Below are positions 1 to 12,023 of a DNA stretch of 64,000 bases, one piece after another; the stretch's first letter is position 1, and each line of letters begins with the position of its first letter. The DNA is from Squalus acanthias (taxonomy: Eukaryota), in the NCBI GenBank assembly GCA_030390025.1, contig CM059433.1:32056001-32120000 (forward strand), read 5' to 3'. A program made the translations under genes and the position numbers. The notes under the pieces were generated by a model that saw only the letters and a program-made list of their open reading frames with translations, had not been told where the DNA came from and did no database searches.

Positions 1-28
1 ATGCTGTGCCTATATGCATCTCTTCACT

Positions 29-65
29 TCACCTGACGAAGGAGCAGCGCTCCGAAAGCTTGTGA
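29..65 (+). ncRNA. Minimal type I hammerhead ribozyme motif in a Penelope terminal repeat
   Basis: TCAC-CTGACGA-A-GGAGC(agc)GCTCC-GAAA-GCT-T-GTGA: CUGANGA and GAAA core, 5-bp stem II, 4-bp stem I, palindromic AGCU stem III. Confidence 0.75.
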
Positions 66-130
66 TTTCAAATAAAGCTGTTGGACTATAACCTGGTGTT
101 GTGCGACTTCTCACAGATGTCAAAAGGTCA

Positions 131-1065
131 TGATGTGGAGATGCCGGCGTTGGACTGGGGTGGACAAAAATGAGAAGTCGCACAACACCAGGTTATAGTC
201 CAACAGATTTATTTAAAATTACAAGCTTTCGGAGCTGTCGCCCCTTCCTCAGGTAGAGTAGCTGTGAGAGAATCTCCCAGAATTCACAACATAAACACAG
301 AAAAAATGTATTCAAATCTTTCCCTACATCAAAGACACACTAAGAGCACAGCCAAGACAATGAGATGTGTCCCAGGGGGTCCAACGTGTCAAAACACCTG
401 CTGGCTGCATATCCTCTGCAGGTTGAGTTTGGTTCTTGTGTTAGTTTTTTTTTTAAAAAGCTGGAAAGACCGGCCATGATGTCAAGTCACGTTCTGTATC
501 GTGACATGAACTCGATATCGAGATTGAGGCCATACTCATGAGTGCGGAACTTGGCTATCAGTTTCTGCTCTATGAATTTGCGCTGTCGTGTATCCTGAAG
601 GCCGCCTTGGAGAACGCTTACCCGCAGATCCGAGGCTGAATGCCCCTGACTGCTGAAGTGTTCCCCGACTGGGAGGCAACCCTCCTGCCTGGCGATTGTT
701 GCGCAGTGTCCGTTCATACGTTGTCTCAGTGTCTGCATGGTCTCGCCGATGTACCATGCTCTGCGGCATCCTTTACTGCAACGTATCAGGTAGACAACGT
801 TGGCCGAGTCACATGAGTATGTACCATGTACCTGGTGGGTATTGTCCTCACGTGTGATGATGGTATCTGTGTCCATGATCTGGCATGTCTTGCAGAGGTT
901 GCCGTGGCAGGGTTGTGTGGTGTCGTGGTTGCTGTTCTCCTGAAAGATGGGTAATCTGCTCACAGATACCATCATCACACGTGAGGACACTACCCACCAG
1001 GTACATGGTACATACTCATGTGACTCGGCCAACGTTGTCTACCTGATACGTTGCAGTAAAGGATG
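131..1065 (-). mobile_element. 5'-truncated Penelope-like retroelement (GIY-YIG endonuclease end plus terminal repeat) with a 5' inversion
   Basis: ORF 487..1032(-) contains CDSANVVYLIRC...YIGET...LRQRMNGH...GEHF...GLN. 961-1065 is the reverse complement of 767-871 with 1 mismatch. 32-113 is an inverted copy of 171-254. Confidence 0.9.
219..256 (-). ncRNA. Second minimal hammerhead ribozyme motif (opposite strand)
   Basis: Reverse complement reads TAC-CTGAGGA-A-GGGGC(gaca)GCTCC-GAAA-GCT-T-GTA. Confidence 0.65.
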
Positions 1066-1944
1066 GAGGGAGAAATTCGGTATCGCCCCGTTTGGGGTGC
1101 AATTATCGGCCAGGCGCAAAGTTTAGCGCCTGGCGTTAATTATCACCTCCAACTGCAAACTTGGCTTCGATCGTCCCTGGAGGTGATTAGAGCGCTAAAT
1201 CAGGCACTACACATCTCTCTTAAGGCGCTAACGCTGAGAAGCGAGGCAGTACCTCAGAGCGCTGGCAAGGCTCATGTGATGTCAGTTAGCAATGGAACAC
1301 AGACACACTGGCGCTAGCCAGTTCTTAAAAGGGAGGGTCAATCTTGATCTCGAGCCACACCCTGCCCATTGCAGCCTTGAATCTCGGCCTGGAGAGACCT
1401 GTACATCAATTCTGCTGGAAAGAACAATGGAGAGGGCCAAGGGAAAGAGCTCAGAGTGCAGCCCCCAAATCGATGCAAGGAAGGTCAAATCAAAATGAAT
1501 ATGCAAGGTGCTGCTCAGTACCCAAAACTCCTCAACACAGCGTTGAATCTCTCCAGAAGTCTCGCTCTCTCTCAGAATGCGTGGTGCAAAAATGTTGCAG
1601 ACAAAAAAAGGCAGGAAGCGGCCGACTTTAAATAGCGCTGCCCCAGTCCCTTCCCGACTGCAAAACGTTCCCCTCTACCTGTCGTTGCTAGCGGCAGGCA
1701 GAAAGGAAGGGGGCGCCATTCAATATCTGGTCCGGGACGCTACCGGGGCGTTGCACGCTCGACTGACATCACGATCTGCGGGCGCAGGAGATCCTGGCGG
1801 AAGTGTTTAGCACCGCCGCAAAATGTCTGGTCAATTTCGCGAGCAGCGCAAACATCGCCGTGCCTGGGCACTAGTTGCTTTGCGCCCCGTTAGAGCCCTC
1901 TTAGGGTGCTAACGGGAGGCGCTAATCAACTGAATTTTTCCCCC
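1066..1944. mobile_element. Non-autonomous Harbinger (MITE-like deletion derivative of the 45545-49678 family)
   Basis: TIRs GAGGGAGAAATTCGGT / ACTGAATTTTTCCCCC. Both halves resemble the reverse complement of the two ends of 45545-49678, including the Myb ORF start (MERAKGK vs MERVRER). Confidence 0.85.
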
Positions 1945-2216
1945 AATGTGTCCATATATTCTCAAACTGTAACTCCCCCATATTAAGTGCCAAAATGTGC
2001 TTTTGGTAATAACAACAATTAAATGACAAACATGCAAAAGCAAATCCCAAATGGATTGTTGGAAAAAATTGGGTTATTTGCATATGTTTGTATTTCATAT
2101 ATTTGTGAGGTTTGCCCTGTGAGATCCTTGTACTTTCAACCAAATTCACACATTTCCCCAATAGTTTCTCTTAGTGATTTCACTGTTAAAGTCTTACCAT
2201 GAGGAAATGGATATGG

Positions 2217-3443
2217 ATAGAAACATAGAAACATAGAAGATAGGAGCAGGAGTAGGCCATTCGGCCCCTCGAGCCTGTTCCGCCATTCAATGAGATCATG
2301 GCTGATCATCCAAATTCAGTACCCTGTCCCTGTTTTCTCCCCATATCCCTTGATCCCTTTAGCCTTAAGAAATATATCTATCTCCTTCTTGAATATATTT
2401 AATGAATTGGCCTCAACTGCCTTCTGTGGTAGAGAATTCCACAGGTTCACCACTCTCTGGGTGAAGAAATTCCTCCTCATCTCAGTCCTAAATGGCTTAC
2501 CCCTTATCCTTAGAGTGTGACCCCTGGTTCTGGACTCCCCCGCCATCGGGAACATCCTTCCTGCATCTAGTCTGTCTAGTCCTGTTAGAATTTTATAAGT
2601 TTCAATGAGATCCCCTCTCATTCTTCTAAACTCTAGCGGATATAAGCCTAATCGTCCCAATCTCTCTTCATATGTCATTCCTGCCATCTCAGGTATCAGT
2701 CTGGTGAATCTTCGCTGCACTCCCTCCATGGCAAGAACATCCTTCCTCAGATAAGGTGACCAAAACTGCACACAATACTCAAGGTGTGGTCTCACCAAGG
2801 CCCTGTACAACTGCAGCAAGACATCCTTGTTCCTGTACTCGAATCCTCTCGCTATGAAGGCCAACATACCATTTGCCTTCTTAACCGCCTGCTGCACCTG
2901 CATGCTTACCTTCAGCGACTGGTGCACAAGGACACCCAGGTCTCGTTGCACTTCCCCTTCTCCCAATCTATTGTCGTTCAGATAATAATCTGTCTTCCTG
3001 TTTTTGCCACCAAAGTGGATAACCTCGCATTTATTCACATTATACTGCATTTGCCATGCATCTGCCCAATCACCCAACTTGTCCAAATCATACTGGAGTT
3101 TCTCTGCATCCTCCTCACAGCACACACGCCCACCCAGCTTTGTGTCATCTGCAAACTTGGAAATATTACATCTAGTTCCCTCGTCTAGATCATTAATATA
3201 TATTGTGAATAGCTGGGGTCCTAGCACCGATCCCTGCGGTACCCCACTAGTCACTGCCTGCCACTCGGAAAAAGACCCGTTTATTTCAACTCTTTGCTTC
3301 CTGTCTGCCAACCAGTTCTCTATCCAAGTCAGTACCTTACCCCCAATCCCATGTGCTTTAACTTTGCACGCTAATCTCTTATGCGGGACCTTATCGAAAG
3401 CCTTCTGAAAGTCCAAATACACCACATCCACTGGTTCTCCCTT
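2217..3443 (-). mobile_element. Young 5'-truncated CR1-clade LINE (RT C-terminal half)
   Basis: Open 371-aa ORF 2316..3431 with YLDFQKAFDKV, GVPQGSVLGP and KFADD; (ATAGAAAC)n tail at about 2217-2236. Confidence 0.95.
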
Positions 3444-3721
3444 TTCTTATGTGTAATGAGGGTGTGGGGACAATGGAGAGATTGACAGCACTCTCTGGTA
3501 TTGAGGCAGCGGGGTACTGAATGGCTTAAGTTGACAAAGTGAAGTGCCCTCAATGTTCTCTGGAGTGGTTCTAAGGATATATCTATGGGGCTTTGTGTTA
3601 TATTCAGATAACTAACCTGGGATCCAACAGTTTAGCATTTTTCACCATGTTGTTTAGCAGGAGCACGGTGGTAATGCCAAACAACACGCTGGAGGGTGTC
3701 CTCAGTGTGAAGATGGGACTT

Positions 3722-4302
3722 CAACAACAACAACAACTTGTATTTATATAGCGCCTTTAACGTAGTAAAACGTCCCAAGGCGCTTCACAAGAGTATTAAA
3801 AGACAAAAAATTTGACACCGAGCCACATAAGGAGAAATTAGGGCAGGTGACCAAAAGCTTGGTCAAAGAGGTAGCTTTTAAGGAGCTTCTTAAAGAAGGA
3901 AAGAGAGGTAGAGAGACGCAGAGGTTTATGCAGGGAATTCCAGCGCTTAGGGCCTAGGCAACAGAAGGCACGGCCACCAATGGTTGAGCGATTATAATCA
4001 GGGATGCTCAAGAGGGCAGAATTAGAGGAATGCAGATATTTCGGGGGGGTTGTGAGGCTGAAGGAGATTCCAGAGATAGGGTGGGGCGAGGCCATGGAGA
4101 GATTTGAAAACAAGGATGAGAATTTTGAAATCAAGGCATTGCTTAACCAGGAACCAATGTAGGTCAGCGAGCACAGGGGTGATGGGTGAACGGGACTTGG
4201 TGCAAGTTAGGACACGGGCAGCCGAGTTTTGGATTACCTCAAGTTTGCGTAGGGTAGAATGTGGGAGGCCAGCCAGGAGTGCGTTGGAATAGTCAAGTTT
4301 AG
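3722..4302 (-). mobile_element. L2-clade LINE 3' fragment
   Basis: LDYSNALLAG...QNSAARV...ITPVLADLHW and GGRAF...WNSL motifs; (AAC)n tail. Confidence 0.9.
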
Positions 4303-4723
4303 ATTTCATCGCCACAAGGACTGTGCGATGGTCACTCCTACCAATACTGTTATGGACAGCTGCATCTGCGACAGGTAGATTGGTGAGGACAAGGTCAAGT
4401 AGGTTTTTCCCTTATGTTGGTTCTCTCACTACCAGTCTGACAGCTATGTCCTTCAGGACTGGGCCAGCTCAGAAAATAATGGTCCTACCGAGCCACTCTT
4501 GGTGATAGACATTGAAGTCTCCCACCCAGAGTACATTCTGTGCCCTTGCTACCCTCAGTGCTTCTTCCAAGTTGTGTTCAACATGGAGAAGTACTGATTC
4601 ATGAGCTGAGGGAGGGCGGTAGGTGGTAATCAGCAGGAGGTTTCGTTGTCCATGTCTGACCTGATGCCATGAGACTTCATGGGGTCCGGAGTCAATATTG
4701 AGGACTCCCAGGGCCACTCCTTC

Positions 4724-4887
4724 CAATGTTCCCTGTAAGCTGCGCAACTGCGCAGCAGCACAGCGCTCCAGGGAATCTCCGCAGCCGGCTTTACAATACA
4801 AAAACGGCGCACGTGCGCTATTTTGAATGGCCTGTGCAGTCTCTTAAATGGGCCTCGCAGGGCCTAACAAAATTAGAGGGAACATTG
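4724..4887. mobile_element. hAT-like MITE (164 bp)
   Basis: TIRs CAATGTTCCCT / AGGGAACATTG; 8-bp flanks ACTCCTTC (4716-4723) and ACTCCGTC (4888-4895). Confidence 0.8.
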
Positions 4888-4895
4888 ACTCCGTC

Positions 4896-6152
4896 TATGT
4901 TGCCTCTAAGGTGCGCGGGTCGCACAGATCTGTAAGCTCCCGCGCACTTATGCAAGTTGTGTGCTGAATTCTTTTGATGAATGCTCTTTTTTAAAGTGAT
5001 ATTGAAGATTGTATTCAGATTCCTGATAAGGGTCTCAATGTCACATTCGTGTTACAGCATTGCCTTTCCACCTCTGGGAGTTGGATTTGAATCCATTGCG
5101 GAGAGATGAAAGGAAAGTCCCTGGTCTTCTGTTTCAAAAGGCCAGGGCAGTATTACTGAATCACATAACTTTACATGAGTTGTGGAATCATTCTGAAGGC
5201 TGAAATTTCAGAAAAGCAAACAGTTTACACAATGAAGGGTTACAGCAAGCTTAGAAGTAATGGTAGAGATTCTGGATATTAGACTCTCATGCAAAGGTTT
5301 AAATTTGAGTCCGTGTAGTTTCCAAAGGGCACAAGTCCTCAGACAGAAGACCACTCAGTGAAGTGAAGGCAGGAAAGTGAATAGTTATATTTTTATTCTT
5401 TTATTTGGAATATATACATTTTTAGGTTAATATTTTTAAAATATTTTATCCCGATCGCTAGACAGTGCGTGTCTTGGTGAACCTGTTCAGGCAAAACTTT
5501 TGTTTAATGTTTCAATTCTTGTGGTGTAATGCAGACAAAGGTGAGCTGTGGATGTGTAACCCAAGAAGATGGTCCTGAACTGGATATGTTAATGCAAATG
5601 AGTGTCTGATTAAAGCTGAAAATAATACCAAGGCGGGAGGGAAAGGGAAGCACTTTTTAATCTTAAATTAGGCTACAGTTCTACAAGTGCTTTTGCTTCC
5701 ATGGAAAGTAGTTTTGGGTGCACTTCAATGAAAAAATGGTGGTGTAACCAAAGAGATAATTGAGGGTACTAAAGACATGAGGCATGAGTCCCATACGGGT
5801 TTATGTTTGCACTGAGTGCATGTTAACTCCAGCTTTAGTTTCTCACCACCTTCCAACAAATGTTGGGAATAAAGGTATTGCTAATGTCTGGCGTAATAAT
5901 AAGAAAACTTAACAGAACAAGTCATTTATAAAGCAAAAAAAGCAACTGATTTCATGATTTTTAAGAGTTGGTCCAATTGTCTCATGAATTGAGATGGTGG
6001 GGTGGCAATATGGCAATATATGCTTTTAATTGATTGCTCTTGCTGTTGTTGTTGTAAAAGATGTTGTTGTAAAATTTGCACAAGAATAAAAAGGTCACGC
6101 TCAAAGGAATTCGTGGCCCACTCAGTACAAAAAAAAATTAGAGGGAACATTG
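4896..6152. mobile_element. Second hAT-like non-autonomous element in tandem with the first
   Basis: Degenerate left TIR (c)TATGTTGCCTCTAA and right TIR TTAGAGGGAACATTG, followed by ACTCCGTC (6154-6161). Confidence 0.65.
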
Positions 6153-8676
6153 GACTCCGTCCCGAATGTATACCTCTGGTGGGTCTGTCCTGCCATTGGG
6201 ACAGGACATACCCAGGGATAGTGATGGAGGAGTTTGGGATATTGGCTGGAAGATATGATTCAGTGAGTATTACTATGTCAGGATGTTGCTTGACTAGTCT
6301 GTGCGACAAAGTCTCCCAATTTTGGCACCAGTCCCCAGATGTTAGTGAGGAGGACTTTGCAGGGTCGATTTTTGTCAGGCATGAGTATTAAGCGATACGG
6401 AGCAAAGGCAGGTAAATGGAATTGAGATACAGATCAGCCATGATCTAACTAAATGGTGGAACAGGCTCGAGGGGCTGAATGGCCTACTCATGTTCCTAAG
6501 TATCTCTTCACCCATTCAGAAAATAGAATCTAACCCATCCACAAAAAAAGTCAATCTATAGTCAGGATAAGTAACAAACCAAACTCAAGTTACAAACTCA
6601 GCAAATTTGATAAATTTGATCAATCCAAGCCCAATCTGAACCTTTGCATGCTTGACTTGGATCTGGGTCATTTACAAATAAATAGGAATTAGTTCAAAAT
6701 ATGGCACAAGAGCGATTGAAATACTAATGGCTAAAAATGAATCCATTTCTTAGTTATCCCAAGGCCAAAGTTCTAGTGCAGACATGACCTTTGCGACATT
6801 ACAACGGTGACTACACTTCCAAAGTACTTCATTGTCTGCAAAGAGCTTTGGGACATCCTGAGATTGTGAAAGGCGCTGCATAAGGGTGGGGGCGGTTGGG
6901 AAGAAGAGGCGGGTGGGGGAGAGGAGGCAGACGTACGTAACTGTTCGCCAACATAGAACTTATTTTCAAGTTGCATCCCACATTCCTCAAATACATTTCT
7001 CAAATACAGTCAATGAAGGTTTGGTTAATTATCAATACAAACCCATTTCAATAAATTGTTATAAATAGATTTTAGTCCCGTGACATAGAGAATGTTGCAT
7101 TAAATTCATTGCAAGAGGCAATTTTCATAATAGTGGATTCAACCTTCTATGTTCAAATCCATCACCATTATATAAACACAGTGCTATATAGTATGTCTCA
7201 GTAAATTGTAAAAAAAATACAGGCGTTAAAAGCAAATTTTCTCTTGATGCTTCTGGAGGTCAAACCACAGAGTAATCGATTGCAGTAACTGTGATTTGCC
7301 TGGCATGTACCTGAATAACTGACATAAAAAGCTACAGCACTCTACTTCGTACTTACTTTCTCACTCTTTTTGTTGATCATCCTTCGGTTGCATTAATCAA
7401 TGTGTTTATTATAATAATCTCAAAACTAATAAAGATTTTTCTTTAAATATTGATGCTGAACTAAAGTGCAGTGATATGGCCAGAGCACAATAGATATCTG
7501 TGATCTTCTACTCAAGTGGAAGAACTGCTCTTAAGAAATGCCCGATATTAACAACTAAATTAACTGCAGCTAAATTACAGGACATAAACCAATATTATCA
7601 CAAGGGGTGATACATCATGAGTGGAACTGCTTTTCTCTCTTGAGTTACTGCTATAAATCTGCTATGTTCAGTCAGCTTATGGAAACATCACCACAGTTAC
7701 AATCTGGTATATGGAAGTGAACTAGCAAAAGTGACATTCTGTCACACAGTGAACAAATTATGGAGCCAAATTTTCATAAAAAGCCACATTATTCATTCAT
7801 GAAAGAAACCATTTTTGAGACTGAATTGTCGACATGCACTTAACATCTGATCCTTCCAAACTAGGATGGGGTGGCGGGGGTGCGGAGGTGGGAATCATAA
7901 GATTCTAGGCAATTATGTCTGAAACAGGGACAACAGGAAGCTCACAGGACAATGTAAAGGATTAATATACTTTTATGGCTTGCAATCTTCATTCAATCCA
8001 TTTTGAAAATTCATTTTAACTTACAGGTGTCTCCAGGCCTATTATATACAAATGGCAATTTCTGTAAAACACAGCCTTGCAAAAGGTAACTTCCATGACA
8101 CACATGTGACTCATTAACTCTTTTCCAGAAATGAACAAGTGATTCAATATTCCTTCCTGAGTATCCTCTGGGTAACCATTTCTAATATCATATCCACAGG
8201 AGGGAAACAAAGGCTCTTGAGACAAAGTAAGACAAACAAGAGCAAATAAGGCATCATTGGCAGACTGGTTCAAAAAAATATATAACTTAAACTTAATGAG
8301 TGCAAAGCGTTTTCTTGAAAAGGAAACAGCACATGTAAGGGCACAATGAGGTTTGAACACTTAGGCCAGAATGTTTACCTTTCTGATGCGCTGGCAGCGG
8401 GGGAGCCCTGGATAGCGTGGGGAACCCGGAGGTTGAAGCGGCGTGTTTTGCAGTGGCTTTTTAACAAAGCTACTGCATTTGCATCTGACTTCCGGGTTTC
8501 CCGACCAACTAACGGGACCAGGCGCGATGACGTCATGCATGGGCCCAATTCACCTCAGGTATTTAAAGGAGCAATGCAAGGCTGACAGTTGAAGGTTGGT
8601 GGAGGTGCAAGAGACATTGGTGGGGCAGTGAGAGGGGTTTGTTTGTACAGAGATTTGTTTTGTTGCAGAAGAAAAA

Positions 8677-10460
8677 TGCAGTCTCAGTGCCCAAAAGCTG
8701 CCCCTAGATTTAGTGATGCCTCCCTGGAACTCCTGCTGCAAGGAGTTAGGGCCTGCAGGGAGGTCCTATTCCCTGCTGATGGGAGGAAGAGGCCAGCCGC
8801 TGACACCAAGAAGGCATGACTGGAGATAGTGGCAGAAGTGAGCAGCAGGAATGTGGTGGTGAGGTCCTGGATACAGTGAAGGAAGAAATTTAATGACCTC
8901 ATGAGGTGAGAAAAGGTGAGTACAATGCCACATTCAACTACATCCTGATGTGCGTGTCACCCCAACCCCTTCACTCTGCCTTCCCAAGCCTACTCCTGCA
9001 CATCACTCCTCATACCTTGCAGGTGCACCCATCCTTCTCTGTCTATGCACTTACTCACATTCCCATCTGACCATCCACCACTGACACTCACCATCATCTT
9101 AATGCAATGTCACGCCTCTCCCTCATAGTCACCCTCTACAGATGTTGCCCATCCATTCATTCCACTCATTCCATGACTCTTACTCAAAGGTCTCTTGTTT
9201 CCCTCCTTGCAGAAGAGAGCACAGAACAGCCGGTAGAGGCAGAGAACAGGAGGTGGCCCTCCAGTCATAGCCACACTGATTGCAGCAGATCAGCGGAGTA
9301 TTGGAGTTGATGGCGGTGGGAGATGGAGAGATGGGGAGCTCCCAGCTACCTGGTGACAGAATTAAATATCACACAGCCACATGGCATATAACAGTCACTC
9401 ATGGTGACTTGATGTCAGCAGCTGGTGAAATATGATCACGTGCATAATGTTCACTTAAAACATTCTTATCATAACAGTTCTAATTCATGTCTTTACTCTC
9501 CCACAGACCCATCAAGTATCCCACAACCAATCCAGCCAGAGGAGGAAGAAGACTCCTCAGAGGAGTTCGCTGACTCTTGAGGGTGCACCGTCACAGGACC
9601 CATGCACACCAAGTACCAGCTTGGATACACACACGTCGGTGGGACCAGTAAGTCAGAAAGTAGCGTTGTCACCTGGTGTATCACACATCACATGTGAGCA
9701 AGAGCAGATGTTGGAGACAGGGACAGCAGTGGAGAGTCCTCGTTGGAGGGTGCAGGACGCTCCAAGCACTGCTCAGCTGGACGAAGATGCTGAACCTCGG
9801 GGGCTGTTGACAAAGAGGATGATTCTGGAGGAGCAACAAAAAATGCGTGAGGCTCTGGCAGGATTTCCAGCCACGATGTGCTCGCTTGCAGGGTGAATGG
9901 AGGAGTCTATCTCCAGCATGACCAGCATGATGTTGCAGGCCATGGCTATGATGTGTTCATCCATGGAAAGGGCGGCCAACTGCATGGAGCATCAAAGGGG
10001 GCATTCAAACAAGTGCATGCTTGCTCTCACCAACAGCTTGCACACTCTGAATGCCACCTTAGCTATGATGGATAGAAACCTAGACTTGGTTGTACAGCAT
10101 CCCACTGATGTGCAGCAAAGTGCTCTCCAACTCCTTGCTAGCAGGGAAGAGTGGTCCATGAGAGGGATGATGGTGAAAGGGGTCATGGAAGTGGGGACTC
10201 TGCTCAAAGTGCTTCCACTTCTCCCCCGTTGCCTCTCCCTCACTCAGAGCCCCACATGCTGCCTCATGTCCCGATGGCCGAGTCTGCCCCTGCACATGTG
10301 CAGGAGGAGCAGTCTTTGGCGGGGCCCTCACGGGCTCCAAACCCAGAGGACATCGGCCAAAAGCATCTCAGCGGTCAGAGCAGGGAAGTGAGCGGCCTTC
10401 CTCTACCTCTGCTGAAGCCACAGAGGTTGCACAATGTAAAAGTGATAGGAAGAGGAAGAT
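8677..10460 (+). pseudogene. Harbinger Myb/SANT-like DNA-binding protein pseudogene (3 exons)
   Basis: APRFSDASLELLLQGV...VLFP...RKKFNDL with in-frame stops; donor GTGAGT at about 8915; later acidic and coiled-coil-like segments. Confidence 0.75.
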
Positions 10461-10605
10461 GAAAGAATTCTAGATGCACAAGTGTATGCACATGGGTGTG
10501 TTAGGCAATGTTGCACTGTTAAGGTAATGTTATTTGGAGGCACATAAAATTATTCCTTTGCACACTTTCCTGTATTGTTCATTTTTGCCAGCTGCCTGGC
10601 AAGTG

Positions 10606-11059
10606 GCTCCAGAAGCAGGCCAACACGCAAGAAGAAACCAGAGCAACAGTTCCAGTGACCATCAGACACCTCGCGGCAACAAGGGCCTTACGAAACCTTT
10701 TACTCAAAAGACTCTAAACCCTAACTCTTAACTGTCAAGGATTCGTTTGGTGAGCATTATCCCTGGTTCTCTGGAGTCCAACCTAGCTAGTGAAGTGGGA
10801 TTGGGAGGGGTGAAGTATTCTCCTAATGTTATTTCCCTCGCTTGTACCAAAGTGTTCCCCACTTTTAGAGTGTTAAGAGTGTTTGTGTTGTGTTTTACTT
10901 TCTTGAATAAAGAGCGAAGTTCTTTCATCAAACTCAGTTGTCTGCTGCACCTTTTATCACAACCCCCAAATAAGTCCAAGGTCTAGAACCAAGGGAGTGG
11001 GAGCGATTCGAACCGCTCAGAAGTCAGAGGTAAAGCTGACACAAACCACCACCCCTACA
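10606..11059 (+). repeat. 5' LTR (only the 3' 454 bp survive)
   Basis: Matches 15944-16398 with about 8 substitutions and 1 indel by eye; ends ...CTACA. Confidence 0.9.
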
Positions 11060-11062
11060 TAA

Positions 11063-11079
11063 TGGCGACCGTGGCAGGA
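11063..11079 (+). promoter_or_regulatory. Primer-binding site, probably tRNA-Arg(TCG)
   Basis: TGGCGACCGTGGCAGGA begins 3 nt after the LTR end. It is complementary (with one G:U pair) to the vertebrate tRNA-Arg(TCG) 3' end TCCTGCCGCGGTCGCCA, as recalled from memory. Confidence 0.75.
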
Positions 11080-11591
11080 ACTTGGCAAAAGGGATGTAAT
11101 GCAGTGGACACTGTTTTTGAGGAGAGAACCAAGATGGAAGAGAGGATTTCCTCTTATGTGTTCGAAAAGGTGAACATAACTAAGAAGTGGGTACTCAGTC
11201 TGCTATGCGCTGAACGTCCAATAGATGCTGCAGCTAAGTGGACTGAGAGCAAGGACCACAAGAAATCTGTGGAGAAAGCCATCTGGTTGATCTGCTCCCT
11301 GAAACAGATACAATTGTTAGACAAACGTGTCGAGACACTCAAAGCAGAACTGCAGGAGTCTGCTCAGCTGTCTCAAGCAAGGGCCCTAGCAGGGGAAACA
11401 TTACTGAATGAGCTAACAGCCCGAGTTCAGGAAAAGATGCAGTTAGTGGAAACACACAGAAACAGGCAGGAATACTTTGGGTGTCAGTGTACCGAAGCTA
11501 AAACCAGTGAACTAGTGTTGAGGGAAGAGAACACCTGCCTTGCCAAGCAAGTAAAGGAACTAGAGGAGAGGTTAAGAGATGTCCAGGCATA

Positions 11592-12023
11592 GAAACATAG
11601 AAACATAGAATCTAGGAGCAGGAGTAGGCCATTCGGCCCGTCGAGCCTGCTCCGCCATTCAATACGATCATGGCTGATCATCCAAATCCAGTACCCTGTC
11701 CCTGCTTTAATCCCCACAGTACACATATCCCACCCTACCCCCATAACCCCACGTATTTAATTCCCCCTAACATATCCCATCCTATCCCCATAACCCCACA
11801 TATTTAATCCCCCCTAACATTAAGGGTCAATTTATCATAGCCAAATCAACCTAACCCACACATTTTTGGACTGTGGGAGGAAACCGGAGCACCCGGAGGA
11901 AACCCACGCAGACACGGGGAGAATGTGCAAACTCCACACAGACAGTCACCCGAGGTCAGATTCGAACCCGGGTTTCTGGCGCTGTGAGGCACCAGTGCTA
12001 ACCACTATGCCACCGTGTTGCCC
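11592..12023 (-). mobile_element. V-SINE (HE1-like): tRNA-derived head, V-domain, CR1-derived tail
   Basis: Minus-strand head GGGCAACACGGTGGCATAGTGGTTAGCAC...GGTTCGAAT; V-domain GTGTGGAGTTTGCACATTCTCCCCGTG; tail shared with the CR1 at 2217; probable TSD GCAT. Confidence 0.88.

Larger units (their letters stand above)
3690..6365 (-). mobile_element. Fragmented LINE (APE endonuclease region) interrupted by L2 and hAT-like insertions
   Basis: PDIVILTESYL...IPGY (about 6180-6300) and TTYRPPS...WVGDFNV (about 4500-4700). The sequence resumes across insertions at 3722-4302 and 4724-6152. Confidence 0.75.

Noticed and set aside
7000..8360. Repeat-free stretch as a candidate conserved enhancer (TGACTCA near 8107)
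   Set aside because: Short motifs are expected by chance; cross-species alignment is needed and could not be run
11950..12023. tRNA gene
   Set aside because: A/B-box-containing head of a V-SINE, followed directly by the V-domain; the same applies to DeuSINE heads such as 20258-20330
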